Source: an uncultured Eubacteriales bacterium (GTDB lineage: Bacteria > Bacillota > Clostridia > Oscillospirales > CAG-272). Taken from it: DNA of 64,000 bases. The translations under genes were made by a program, and so were the position numbers. Shown in pieces: positions 43,635 to 51,392 of this stretch; the first letter of the stretch is position 1; each line of letters opens with the position of its first letter. The stretch spans positions 91,905-155,904 of the forward strand of contig CAKSZH010000004.1 in NCBI GenBank assembly GCA_934525675.1, given 5' to 3'. The notes beneath the pieces were generated by a model that had not been told where the DNA came from, did not search any database, and worked only from the letters and a program-made list of their open reading frames with translations.

Positions 43635-44444
43635 TCATTTTCCCCGCTTTTCATGGATCATCCTGCGGAGCGCGTCCAGCGCACGGTCCAGTCCGCCCAC
43701 CTCGTCGATGATCCCGTATTCCACCGCCTGCTTGCCCTCAAGGATCGACCCCACGTCGGTCGCCAGCTCGTCCGGGCGCATCATCAGCTCTTCAATCACG
43801 CGCCGGTCGGCGTGCGAATGGTCGCAGATGAAGCCGACAATGCGCTTCTGCATTTCCCCGAAATAGCGGAAGGTCTGCGGAACGCCGACGACCAGTCCGT
43901 TGATCCGGACAGGGTGCAGGGTCATGGTCGCCGACGGCACGATGAAGGAACGCCTTGCCGCCGTTGCGAGCGGTACCCCGATGGAATGTCCTCCGCCGAG
44001 TACAAGGGATACCGTCGGCTTGGTCATGGAGGCGATCATCTCCGAGAGCGCAAGTCCCGCTTCCACGTCGCCGCCCATGGTGTTGAGCACGATGAGTACC
44101 CCCTCGGTTGCGTCGTCCTCCTCCAGTGCGACGAGCAGCGGAATGAGGTGCTCGTATTTGGTCGCCTTCTGGGTGTCGCCGAGCGGAAAGTGCCCCTCGA
44201 TCTGCCCGATCACCGACAGGCAGTAGATGGACTCCCGCGCATTTTTCGCGGCGACACTGCCCGTTTTCTCGATCTCTTCCAGCCGTGTGTTCCCGGGGGC
44301 GTCTCCCCGGTCGTTTCCGCCGCTTCCGCCGGTTGTACCGTTCCCGCCGGTTGTACCGCTTCCGTCATTCGTGTCGTTTGAGTTGTTTGCACCGCTTCCG
44401 CCGTTTTGCCCGCTTATCCCGTAACCGTTCCGTGTGTCAGACAT
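43635..44444 (-). CDS. tepA: ClpP-family protease homologue (TepA-like) with a G/N/T-rich N-terminal tail
   Basis: ClpP-fold segment IVLNTMGGDVEAGLALSEMI...GGGHSIGVPLA...MTLHPVR, as in TepA/ClpP-like proteins of Firmicutes. Confidence 0.75.
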   Translation of the reverse strand: MSDTRNGYGISGQNGGSGANNSNDTNDGSGTTGGNGTTGGSGGNDRGDAPGNTRLEEIEKTGSVAAKNARESIYCLSVIGQIEGHFPLGDTQKATKYEHLIPLLVALEEDDATEGVLIVLNTMGGDVEAGLALSEMIASMTKPTVSLVLGGGHSIGVPLATAARRSFIVPSATMTLHPVRINGLVVGVPQTFRYFGEMQKRIVGFICDHSHADRRVIEELMMRPDELATDVGSILEGKQAVEYGIIDEVGGLDRALDALRRMIHEKRGK

Positions 44445-44544
44445 TCTCTCGCCCTCCGCTCTCCGGCACTCCGCCGTTTGTTGGTCTCTTCACGATTATT
44501 GCCGAAAAAAATATCTTCCATGCGGAAAAAACATAAAATCGGCA

Positions 44545-44573
44545 TTTACAAACCGAAAAGTTTGTGATATAAT
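44545..44573 (+). promoter_or_regulatory. sigma-A promoter (extended -10) of the pduL operon
   Basis: TTTACA, 17-nt spacer, TGaTATAAT. Leaves a leader of about 146 nt before ATG 44726. Confidence 0.75.
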
Positions 44574-44725
44574 CAATTTATGAATGCCCGGAAAGCAGAC
44601 GCTCTTCCGGCTTTCCGATGTCTGCGGATTCCCCGGTGCCTGTTTCCGGCACGGTGGTCCGCAGGCGGAATGATGTGCGGGTGACCGCAGGAGAATCTGA
44701 AAACAGATAGAAAGAGGCTTTCGTT

Positions 44726-45301
44726 ATGGAAAACAAGGTTCTTGTCGAAACTTCCGCAAGACACATTCATCTGACCGCCGAAGCCGTCGAAGCATTGTAC
44801 GGCAAGGGCGCAAAGCTGGAAGTGAGGAAGATGCTCAGCCAGCCCGGTCAGTTTGCCAGCGCAAACGAGAAGATCAAGCTGGTCGGTCCCAAGGGTGAGA
44901 TGCTCGTCAGCGTTCTGGGTCCGGAACGCAAGGCAAATCAGGTCGAGCTGTCCTATTCCGACGCGCGTGCGCTCGGTCTTCGCGACGTTCCCGTCCGTGA
45001 GAGCGGCGACGTTGCCGGTACGCCCGGTCTGCACCTCGTCGGACCCGCAGGCGAGCTTGATATCGCCGAGGGCGTTATCATCGCAAAGAGACATATCCAC
45101 ATGACCCCTGCCGACGCGGAAGCATTCGGCGTTACCAACGGCGAGATCGTCAAGGTGAAGCTCGACACCGAGCGCCCCCTGATTTTCGACGGTGTGGTCA
45201 TCCGTGTCAGCCCCAGTTATGCGCTCGCAATGCACATCGACACCGATGAGTGCAACGCGGCATCCGCATTCGGCACCGTTTACGGTGAGATCGTGAAGTA
45301 A
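44726..45301 (+). CDS. pduL: phosphate propanoyltransferase / phosphotransacylase PduL
   Basis: Duplicated PduL signature (ETSARHIHLT ... IAKRHIHMTP ... AMHIDTDE). Confidence 0.9.
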   Translation: MENKVLVETSARHIHLTAEAVEALYGKGAKLEVRKMLSQPGQFASANEKIKLVGPKGEMLVSVLGPERKANQVELSYSDARALGLRDVPVRESGDVAGTPGLHLVGPAGELDIAEGVIIAKRHIHMTPADAEAFGVTNGEIVKVKLDTERPLIFDGVVIRVSPSYALAMHIDTDECNAASAFGTVYGEIVK

Positions 45302-45306
45302 AGCAT

Positions 45307-45891
45307 ATGAAGATTTTGTTTCAGGGCGACGGCTCCTCCGACGATCCCGGCCGATTGTGCCCCGGTGCGACCGGGGAAGAAACGACCGACTGCCACGATC
45401 TGGGGGAAGGGTATCCGAGATATGCCGCGGTGATGTTCACCGATACATACCCGGATACGGAATTTACATTTTATCGGGATACCGCAAACGGCGACGTGCC
45501 GGATCTTGTCTGCTTCATGCCCGATTTTTCGGGCGGGGAGAGCGACGAGGCATACGAAGCCGCTCTTGCCGGGCGTCTGTCTCTTTTCGGGGACAACGAA
45601 AAGACGCGCGTGCTTCTGTTTGAACCTTTCCTTGCGGGAGAGGATCATCCGGAAAAGCGCGACTTTATCGACGGCAGAATCGCCGCGACCAGAAGCGCCG
45701 CCGCACAGCGTGCGGACGTACTGGTTCCGCTGGACGGACTGTTTGCCGCCGCGAGAATCGCACATCCCGACATTGTCTACGCGGACGAGAACGGGCTGAC
45801 GCCGGAGGGGCTTTGTTTCCTCGGCGAATGCTGCCTGCGCGCCGCGGCTCCCATCGTGGAAGCGTATCTTAAGAATCAGGAAACCACCTGA
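45307..45891 (+). CDS. SGNH/GDSL-fold protein with substituted catalytic residues (probable pseudoenzyme)
   Basis: MKILFQGDGSSDDPGR versus the family's ILFQGDSITDAGR. Block V reads DENGLTPEG where DGVHPTxxG is expected. Intact 194-codon ORF 5 nt after pduL. Confidence 0.6.
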   Translation: MKILFQGDGSSDDPGRLCPGATGEETTDCHDLGEGYPRYAAVMFTDTYPDTEFTFYRDTANGDVPDLVCFMPDFSGGESDEAYEAALAGRLSLFGDNEKTRVLLFEPFLAGEDHPEKRDFIDGRIAATRSAAAQRADVLVPLDGLFAAARIAHPDIVYADENGLTPEGLCFLGECCLRAAAPIVEAYLKNQETT

Positions 45892-46003
45892 ACCAAGCCG
45901 GGGACGGGATACCGGTCAAGTCGTCCCGCGCCTGCCGGCACCGGCGGGATCCGGCATGAGCCGGAATTCATATTCGTCAAATAATTCCAAAGGAGATAAA
46001 AAC

Positions 46004-46729
46004 ATGAGCAAAGTCAGCGAATGCCCCTATGCAATGAGTTCTGAAGTTCAGAACGAATGCAAGGTTCAAAAGGGCTGCGATCACGGTCCTGCTCCCATTC
46101 CCGAAGAGGGCAAGTGGATCCAGGCAAAACAGATTACGGATATTTCCGCATATACCCACGGTGTGGGCTGGTGCGCACCTCAGCAGGGCGCCTGCAAGCT
46201 CTCGCTCAATGTCAAAAACGGCGTGATCGAGGAAGCGCTCGTGGAGACCATCGGCTGCTCCGGCATGACCCATTCCGCGGCAATGGCTGCGGAGATCCTG
46301 CCCGGCAAGACCATTCTGGAAGCGCTCAACACCGACCTTGTCTGCGACGCGATCAATACCGCAATGCGTGAATTGTTCCTCCAGATCGTCTACGGCAGAA
46401 GCCAGTCCGCGTTCTCCGAAAACGGACTTGTCATCGGCGCAGGCCTTGAGGACCTCGGCAAGGGAACCCGTTCTATGGTCGGCACTATGTACGGCACCAA
46501 GGAAAAGGGTGTCCGTTACCTCGAAATGACCGAGGGCTACTGCACGAGAATGGCGCTCGATGACAATAACGAAGTCATCGGCTACGAGTTTGTTTCCCTC
46601 GGCAAGATGACCGACTTCATCAAGAAGGGCATGGAGCCGAACGAAGCATATGAGAAATCCAAGGGCACTTACGGACGCTTCAAACCGGAAGACGGCGCCG
46701 TCAAGTACATCGACCCCCGCAAGGAATGA
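46004..46729 (+). CDS. NifU/IscU-N-terminal-like Fe-S scaffold-domain protein with a Cys-rich N-terminal extension
   Basis: GVGWCAPQQGAC ... ETIGCSGMTHSAAMAAEILPGKT resembles the IscU Cys scaffold. AAGGAG RBS before ATG 46004. ORF-track start 45956 trimmed. Confidence 0.65.
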   Translation: MSKVSECPYAMSSEVQNECKVQKGCDHGPAPIPEEGKWIQAKQITDISAYTHGVGWCAPQQGACKLSLNVKNGVIEEALVETIGCSGMTHSAAMAAEILPGKTILEALNTDLVCDAINTAMRELFLQIVYGRSQSAFSENGLVIGAGLEDLGKGTRSMVGTMYGTKEKGVRYLEMTEGYCTRMALDDNNEVIGYEFVSLGKMTDFIKKGMEPNEAYEKSKGTYGRFKPEDGAVKYIDPRKE

Positions 46730-46747
46730 TGAAGGAGGGTGTGAAAA

Positions 46748-47758
46748 ATGGCACAGTTTGAAGGTTATGAAAGACGCGAGGCGAAGATCCTCGGCGTTCT
46801 GAAGGAATACGGAATCAACTCGATCGACGAGTGCAAGGAGATCTGCGACAAGTACGGCATTGATCCCTACACCACGGTTCAGGAAACCCAGCCGATCTGC
46901 TTTGAGAACGCGAAGTGGGCGTACACCGTCGGCTCCGCAATCGCACTGAAGGAGGCGGAAAAGACGGGCGACAAGTCCGCAGCAACCGCTGCCGCAAATA
47001 TCGGTATCGGACTCCAGAGCTTCTGCATTCCCGGCTCCGTTGCGGAAAACCGCAAGGTGGGTCTCGGTCACGGCAACCTCGGCAAGATGCTTCTCTCCGA
47101 GGAAACCGATTGCTTCTGCTTCCTCGCAGGTCACGAGTCCTTCGCGGCTGCTGAGGGTGCAATCAAGATCGCGCTCAACGCGAACAAGGTCCGTAAGAAC
47201 CCCCTGCGCGTCATTCTGAACGGTCTCGGCAAGGACGCGGCTTACATCATCTCCCGTATCAACGGCTTTACCTACTGCAAGACCGTGTTCGATCCGTACA
47301 CGGAAACCGTCAAGGTCGTCGAGGAGAAGGCATTCTCCAAGGGACCCCGTGCCGCAGTCAAGTGCTACGGCGCAGACAACGTTCCAGAAGGCGTTGCGAT
47401 TATGCAGCTTGAGAAGGTCGGCGTTTCCATCACCGGTAACTCCACCAACCCGACCAGATTCCAGCATCCCGTTGCCGGCACCTACAAGAAGTGGTGCATC
47501 GAGAACGGCAAGAAGTACTTCTCCGTGGCATCGGGCGGCGGCACGGGCAGAACCCTGCACCCCGATAACATGGCAGCAGGTCCTTCCTCCTACGGCATGA
47601 CCGATACCATGGGCAGAATGCATTCCGACGCACAGTTCGCAGGTTCCTCCTCGGTTCCCGCGCACGTCGAAATGATGGGCCTCATCGGCATGGGCAACAA
47701 CCCGATGGTCGGTGCGACCGTCGCCTGCGCTGTCGCTGTCGCGGAAGCGCTGAAGTAA
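46748..47758 (+). CDS. GGGtGRT-family protein (conserved, function unknown)
   Basis: Contains the family-naming motif SGGGTGRTLHPDN. Begins 19 nt after the NifU-like gene. Confidence 0.8.
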   Translation: MAQFEGYERREAKILGVLKEYGINSIDECKEICDKYGIDPYTTVQETQPICFENAKWAYTVGSAIALKEAEKTGDKSAATAAANIGIGLQSFCIPGSVAENRKVGLGHGNLGKMLLSEETDCFCFLAGHESFAAAEGAIKIALNANKVRKNPLRVILNGLGKDAAYIISRINGFTYCKTVFDPYTETVKVVEEKAFSKGPRAAVKCYGADNVPEGVAIMQLEKVGVSITGNSTNPTRFQHPVAGTYKKWCIENGKKYFSVASGGGTGRTLHPDNMAAGPSSYGMTDTMGRMHSDAQFAGSSSVPAHVEMMGLIGMGNNPMVGATVACAVAVAEALK

Positions 47759-47772
47759 TAAAAAACAAGAAG

Positions 47773-47809
47773 AAAACCGGCTCCGGGCATTTGCCCGGAG
47801 CCGGTTTTT
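47773..47809 (+). terminator. intrinsic terminator of the pduL-GGGtGRT operon
   Basis: 17-bp stem AAAACCGGCTCCGGGCA/TGCCCGGAGCCGGTTTT with a T tail. Confidence 0.88.
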
Positions 47810-47870
47810 GAAGATAACGGAGATTTTCTTCGATTTTCGCCGGATTCCGCAAAATATCTCATGGATGATA

Positions 47871-47899
47871 TTGACAATTGCCCCGATCCGGTATAAAAT
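47871..47899 (+). promoter_or_regulatory. sigma-A promoter of the lipoprotein gene
   Basis: TTGACA, 17-nt spacer, TAAAAT. Confidence 0.8.
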
Positions 47900-47939
47900 G
47901 GAATTATGAATCCAAACGGAATAAAGGAGCTTCAATGAT

Positions 47940-49031
47940 ATGAAAAACATCTTCAAACGGGTTCTTCTGATCGCCGTCGGCGTTCTTTTGGTCTGCGTTC
48001 TGTCCTCCTGTGCTCTCTCAAAACTTTTCGAGCCGAAGGATGCGGATGCGCTGATCAAAAAAATCGACAAGACCATGGATCAGTATTCTTCTTATGAATC
48101 CGACATGGATTTTGAAGCCAAGATCGGAAGCGGTCCTGCGTTGACCAAGGTTTATCTGTTCACCAAAAACGTGGTCATCAATGATAAAAACGAAGCGTAT
48201 TACTTTTATCAGAAGATGGAAACCACGGCAGCGCTCGTGGATGCATCCGGCGAAGAAAAAGTAGTTTCGGAGGGAGAAGATCTCATTGCATTTGATCGCG
48301 GAAACGCGTTTTACATGAGCCAAAAAGACGACAAAACCGTCAGGCTGTATTCGGAATCGACCAAAAACGACTTTGGTGCGTATCTGGAAAAATCCGGCGG
48401 CAATCTGGATACTGATGTGTTGTTTGGCGGTTGCTCCAAAAAACAAATGACACATGAAAAGGACGGCACCTGGACACTGAAGCTCGGAGAGTATTCGAAG
48501 GAATCCATGAATAAAATCTGGGAATCCCTTGGACTTGACGCGGTCTCGGAGCTGACAGAGAGCAGTAACCTTTCCCTGAAGATTAAGGCGGATAAGGAAT
48601 ACCGCATGACTTCCTGTGAAATGCACCTCGTGATTTCCGGAAAAGAAGACAACGAATCAGATTACGATTCCATTCTGGAAGGGACGTTTACCTTTGGCTC
48701 TTTCGGTGAGGCAAAGCGCGTGGAAAATGAACTTTCCACCGACGCGTACACCAAGGTGGACAATGCCCTGATCCTTCCCGACGCGGTCAGACAGCTGAGT
48801 GGCTGGTGCAATCTGAAAAACGGGGAATTCAGCATGGTATCCAGTCAGAATGTGAAATATCCGGGTTCCGAGGTCTCGGTCACCGTGACCGATGAAATCA
48901 AATTTTCAACAAGCAAAGAAGACGGGTTCAACTATTCTATCAAGGAACATTCTACCGATGCAAGTACCCCGGACATTACGCTGAAATATTCCGGTGGTAC
49001 CCTGTATACCCCCAAGCCGGCTCACAGATGA
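47940..49031 (+). CDS. lipoprotein of unknown function
   Basis: Signal peptide with lipobox VLSSC. AAGGAG RBS. No family recognised. Confidence 0.7.
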   Translation: MKNIFKRVLLIAVGVLLVCVLSSCALSKLFEPKDADALIKKIDKTMDQYSSYESDMDFEAKIGSGPALTKVYLFTKNVVINDKNEAYYFYQKMETTAALVDASGEEKVVSEGEDLIAFDRGNAFYMSQKDDKTVRLYSESTKNDFGAYLEKSGGNLDTDVLFGGCSKKQMTHEKDGTWTLKLGEYSKESMNKIWESLGLDAVSELTESSNLSLKIKADKEYRMTSCEMHLVISGKEDNESDYDSILEGTFTFGSFGEAKRVENELSTDAYTKVDNALILPDAVRQLSGWCNLKNGEFSMVSSQNVKYPGSEVSVTVTDEIKFSTSKEDGFNYSIKEHSTDASTPDITLKYSGGTLYTPKPAHR

Positions 49032-49327
49032 ACAGACAAAGTATGGATGAAAGCCAGGCAAAACAGTCAATCCGGAAAGTATTGGGGACCGTTTCCGTGG
49101 ACCCGGTCTTTGTCACCTCGATCGAAGACAATGGCAACGGCGTGTACGAGATCCGCGCGGACGGGGCTCTGGACGAACAGTATAAGGGCGTGTATAAGGA
49201 GTGCACCTATGTCGTCCGTCTGACCTTCCGCGACGATAAACTTGTTGCCACTGCCAGTGAGATCACGCTGGTCGGCAATAACGGAACGAAGATCGTGACA
49301 CGGACTGAACTGACGCAAAAGAACTGA
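49028..49327 (+). CDS. hypothetical 99-aa protein, translationally coupled (ATGA) to the lipoprotein gene
   Basis: 4-nt overlap and a beta-rich, coding-like composition. No family recognised. Confidence 0.5.
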   Translation: MNRQSMDESQAKQSIRKVLGTVSVDPVFVTSIEDNGNGVYEIRADGALDEQYKGVYKECTYVVRLTFRDDKLVATASEITLVGNNGTKIVTRTELTQKN

Positions 49328-49339
49328 TTCGAAACTGAC

Positions 49340-49381
49340 AAAGCCGGACGGCTGACGCTTTCGCGTCAGCCGTCCGGCTTT
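49340..49381. terminator. bidirectional intrinsic terminator
   Basis: 19-bp stem AAAGCCGGACGGCTGACGC/GCGTCAGCCGTCCGGCTTT, TTTC loop. Confidence 0.88.
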
Positions 49382-49405
49382 GAAGTAACATTTTTTCTGC
49401 GGCGG

Positions 49406-50215
49406 TTAACCGATATACCCGGAAAGCCGCGGAAACGCATCAAGGCAGTTGTTGAAGAAGATGTTCTCCCACTGCTCGGGCGGGAAGATCAGCCGCACCG
49501 TTTCCTCGTATTCCGTAATCTGCGGCATATGAAGCGGCGGGCAGAAGTCGGTTCCGAAGAGAATTCTGCTCCCGGCATCCGGAAACGCATCGATCGCTTC
49601 CTTGAGCCGTCTGGCTTCCGTGTCCACGTCCGCGACCGTGCCTTCCTCATAGATCCCGCAGAAGTCGGTGAACACGTTTTGATGTGTTGTCACGACACGG
49701 AGGCATTCGTGGAAGCGTGGATCGTTCATATGCGCCAGAATGAAGTGGCAGTCCGGATACTTTTCCGCCGCGACCGCAACGTATTCCGCGTCGGAGCCGG
49801 ACTGGTCATTGTCGGAAGGCAGTTCGGCGGCACCGATGCCGGTATGGAAGATGACAGCGAGACGGTGGCGCGCGGCAAATTCATAAATGGGGAAGAGCGC
49901 GGGATCCGAAGCGCGCCCCTTCTGATAGGTCAGATAGATCTTGATACCGACGATTCTGAGTGCCGTCAGGTTTTCTTCAATCCATGCAAATTGGGGCGCG
50001 AGCGGCAGGGTAATGTCCACTCCGGCACACAGAAAAAGCCGGTCGTCCGCCTTTACGGTCTCCTCACAGACATCCTCCGGGGAACGCAGGCGGTCGATGA
50101 ACTGCATGACGATGGCATAGCCGTCGGTAACGGAAAAATATCTGTTCCGAAGGGCTTGATTATAAATATGGGTATGGCAATCGATTTTTTGGGGACAGGC
50201 TGTTTTGCTCGCCAT
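49406..50215 (-). CDS. amidohydrolase-2 family metal-dependent hydrolase (TIM barrel)
   Basis: N-terminal IDCHTH metal motif, internal HTG and AH residues, C-terminal FGTDF. Confidence 0.7.
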   Translation of the reverse strand: MASKTACPQKIDCHTHIYNQALRNRYFSVTDGYAIVMQFIDRLRSPEDVCEETVKADDRLFLCAGVDITLPLAPQFAWIEENLTALRIVGIKIYLTYQKGRASDPALFPIYEFAARHRLAVIFHTGIGAAELPSDNDQSGSDAEYVAVAAEKYPDCHFILAHMNDPRFHECLRVVTTHQNVFTDFCGIYEEGTVADVDTEARRLKEAIDAFPDAGSRILFGTDFCPPLHMPQITEYEETVRLIFPPEQWENIFFNNCLDAFPRLSGYIG

Positions 50216-50260
50216 TTCTGCCGCCTCTCTTTCCGTAATACTTACCCGTTCAGCCGGGAA

Positions 50261-50303
50261 GCAAAAAACGCAAACCGCACCGTCCCATAAACGGGCGGTG
50301 CGG
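50261..50303 (-). terminator. intrinsic terminator of the zinc-ribbon gene
   Basis: CCGCACCG.CCC / loop / GGG.CGGTGCGG, with a TTTGCGTTTTTTGC tail on the minus strand. Confidence 0.75.
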
Positions 50304-50356
50304 GGAAGCCCGGATCTCCGATTCCCGGATCAACACACGGAAATGCCGTGCACGAT

Positions 50357-50704
50357 TCAGAGCGGCGAAGGGATCGAGGCAAGTGCAATGATAAGATTGA
50401 TGATTCCCAATCCGACACCGACACAGAAACCGATCAGCGCCATTTTTCCGTAAGCCTTTGCGGAAACGGGCTTGGTGCTTTGATTGACACAGAACAGAAT
50501 CAGACCGACGATCGGGAAGAAGAAACAAAGAACCTTGAGCCCGCCTGACGGGACGTCGGAGGTTTGGGAAGCGGAAGAGTAGTCCGCACTCTCGCTTCTC
50601 ATTCCGGAAAAGGAATCTCCGCCGGGAGTAAGCTGCGCTCCGCAGTTGGGGCAGAAATTCGTGGAATCGTCAACGCGAGAACCGCAATTCGGACAATATG
50701 CCAT
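50357..50704 (-). CDS. zinc-ribbon domain membrane protein
   Basis: MAYCPNCGSRVDDSTNFCPNCG followed by two TM helices. GGGGGA RBS before ATG 50704. ORF-track start trimmed. Confidence 0.75.
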   Translation of the reverse strand: MAYCPNCGSRVDDSTNFCPNCGAQLTPGGDSFSGMRSESADYSSASQTSDVPSGGLKVLCFFFPIVGLILFCVNQSTKPVSAKAYGKMALIGFCVGVGLGIINLIIALASIPSPL

Positions 50705-50893
50705 ATGGATTCCCCCTTTTGATTTTGATACCGTTTCACCGGCTCGCAATTATGATAACACATATTTTCCGTAAAATCAAGGGGTGGTGTGCCAAAAACA
50801 ACTTTCTCGACAGATTACGTGCACATTCGTCCCGCTTGTGCATATTATGATAACGGGGAAACCCCAATGATCTGAATGGAGGATATATCTGAT

Positions 50894-50983
50894 ATGAATA
50901 ACTGTCTTTGTAACCTGCTCGACAACAATTGCATCTGGCTCATCATCCTTGCGCTGATTTTCTTCAGCTGCTGCAACGGCTGA
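50894..50983 (+). CDS. 29-aa Cys-rich hydrophobic micro-protein (below the ORF-track length cutoff)
   Basis: GGAGGA RBS 9 nt before ATG. Encodes MNNCLCNLLDNNCIWLIILALIFFSCCNG, then TGA. A GC-rich hairpin follows. Confidence 0.5.
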   Translation: MNNCLCNLLDNNCIWLIILALIFFSCCNG

Positions 50984-51006
50984 TCTTTCGGGCAAATACC
51001 CTTTTT

Positions 51007-51037
51007 CCGTCCCCCGGCAATCCCTGCCGGGGGACGG
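51007..51037 (+). terminator. GC-rich hairpin after the micro-ORF (weak U-tail)
   Basis: 13-bp stem CCGTCCCCCGGCA/TGCCGGGGGACGG, 5-nt loop, TTGT tail. Confidence 0.4.
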
Positions 51038-51202
51038 TTGTACGCGGACAAAGCGGCAAACGCGAAGGAGAGGAGCGGCTATTAGGGGGATGACAAACGC
51101 AAAACAGAGAGTGGTTGTACGCGGGAACGCGAAACAGGTATCGGAGCCGCGGCACAGATCCCCCTGTGCGAACCGATATGCCGCGCAATCGGACAAGCTG
51201 AA

Positions 51203-51242
51203 ATTGAATATTTATTCCAACCTGGATGAATATTTATGTACA
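51203..51242. promoter_or_regulatory. distal pair of ARG boxes (ArgR/AhrC operator)
   Basis: ATTGAATATTTATTCCAA and GATGAATATTTATGTACA, compared with the consensus WNTGAATWWWWATTCANW. The boxes are 4 bp apart. Confidence 0.65.
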
Positions 51243-51318
51243 ATTGCACAGAATTGATAGCCAAACCTCATTGATTTCTGTTTCTTGCCGATGAAAACCA
51301 TCTTTTTTTGGAAAACCT

Positions 51319-51357
51319 ATTGAAAATATATTCAGAATGATGTATACTGTATTCAGA
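51319..51357 (+). promoter_or_regulatory. argG sigma-A promoter overlapped by a proximal ARG box and a half-box
   Basis: TTGAAA (51320-51325), 17-nt spacer, TATACT (51343-51348). Box ATTGAAAATATATTCAGA matches the consensus well. A second TATTCA lies 21 nt downstream. Confidence 0.7.
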
Positions 51358-51392
51358 AAATCAATTACCGACGCGGAGAAAGGGTAACCGAC

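Noticed and set aside
45977-48076. 699-aa minus-strand ORF
   Set aside because: It is antisense to the NifU-like and GGGtGRT genes and runs through their terminator and the next promoter. The composition is not protein-like.
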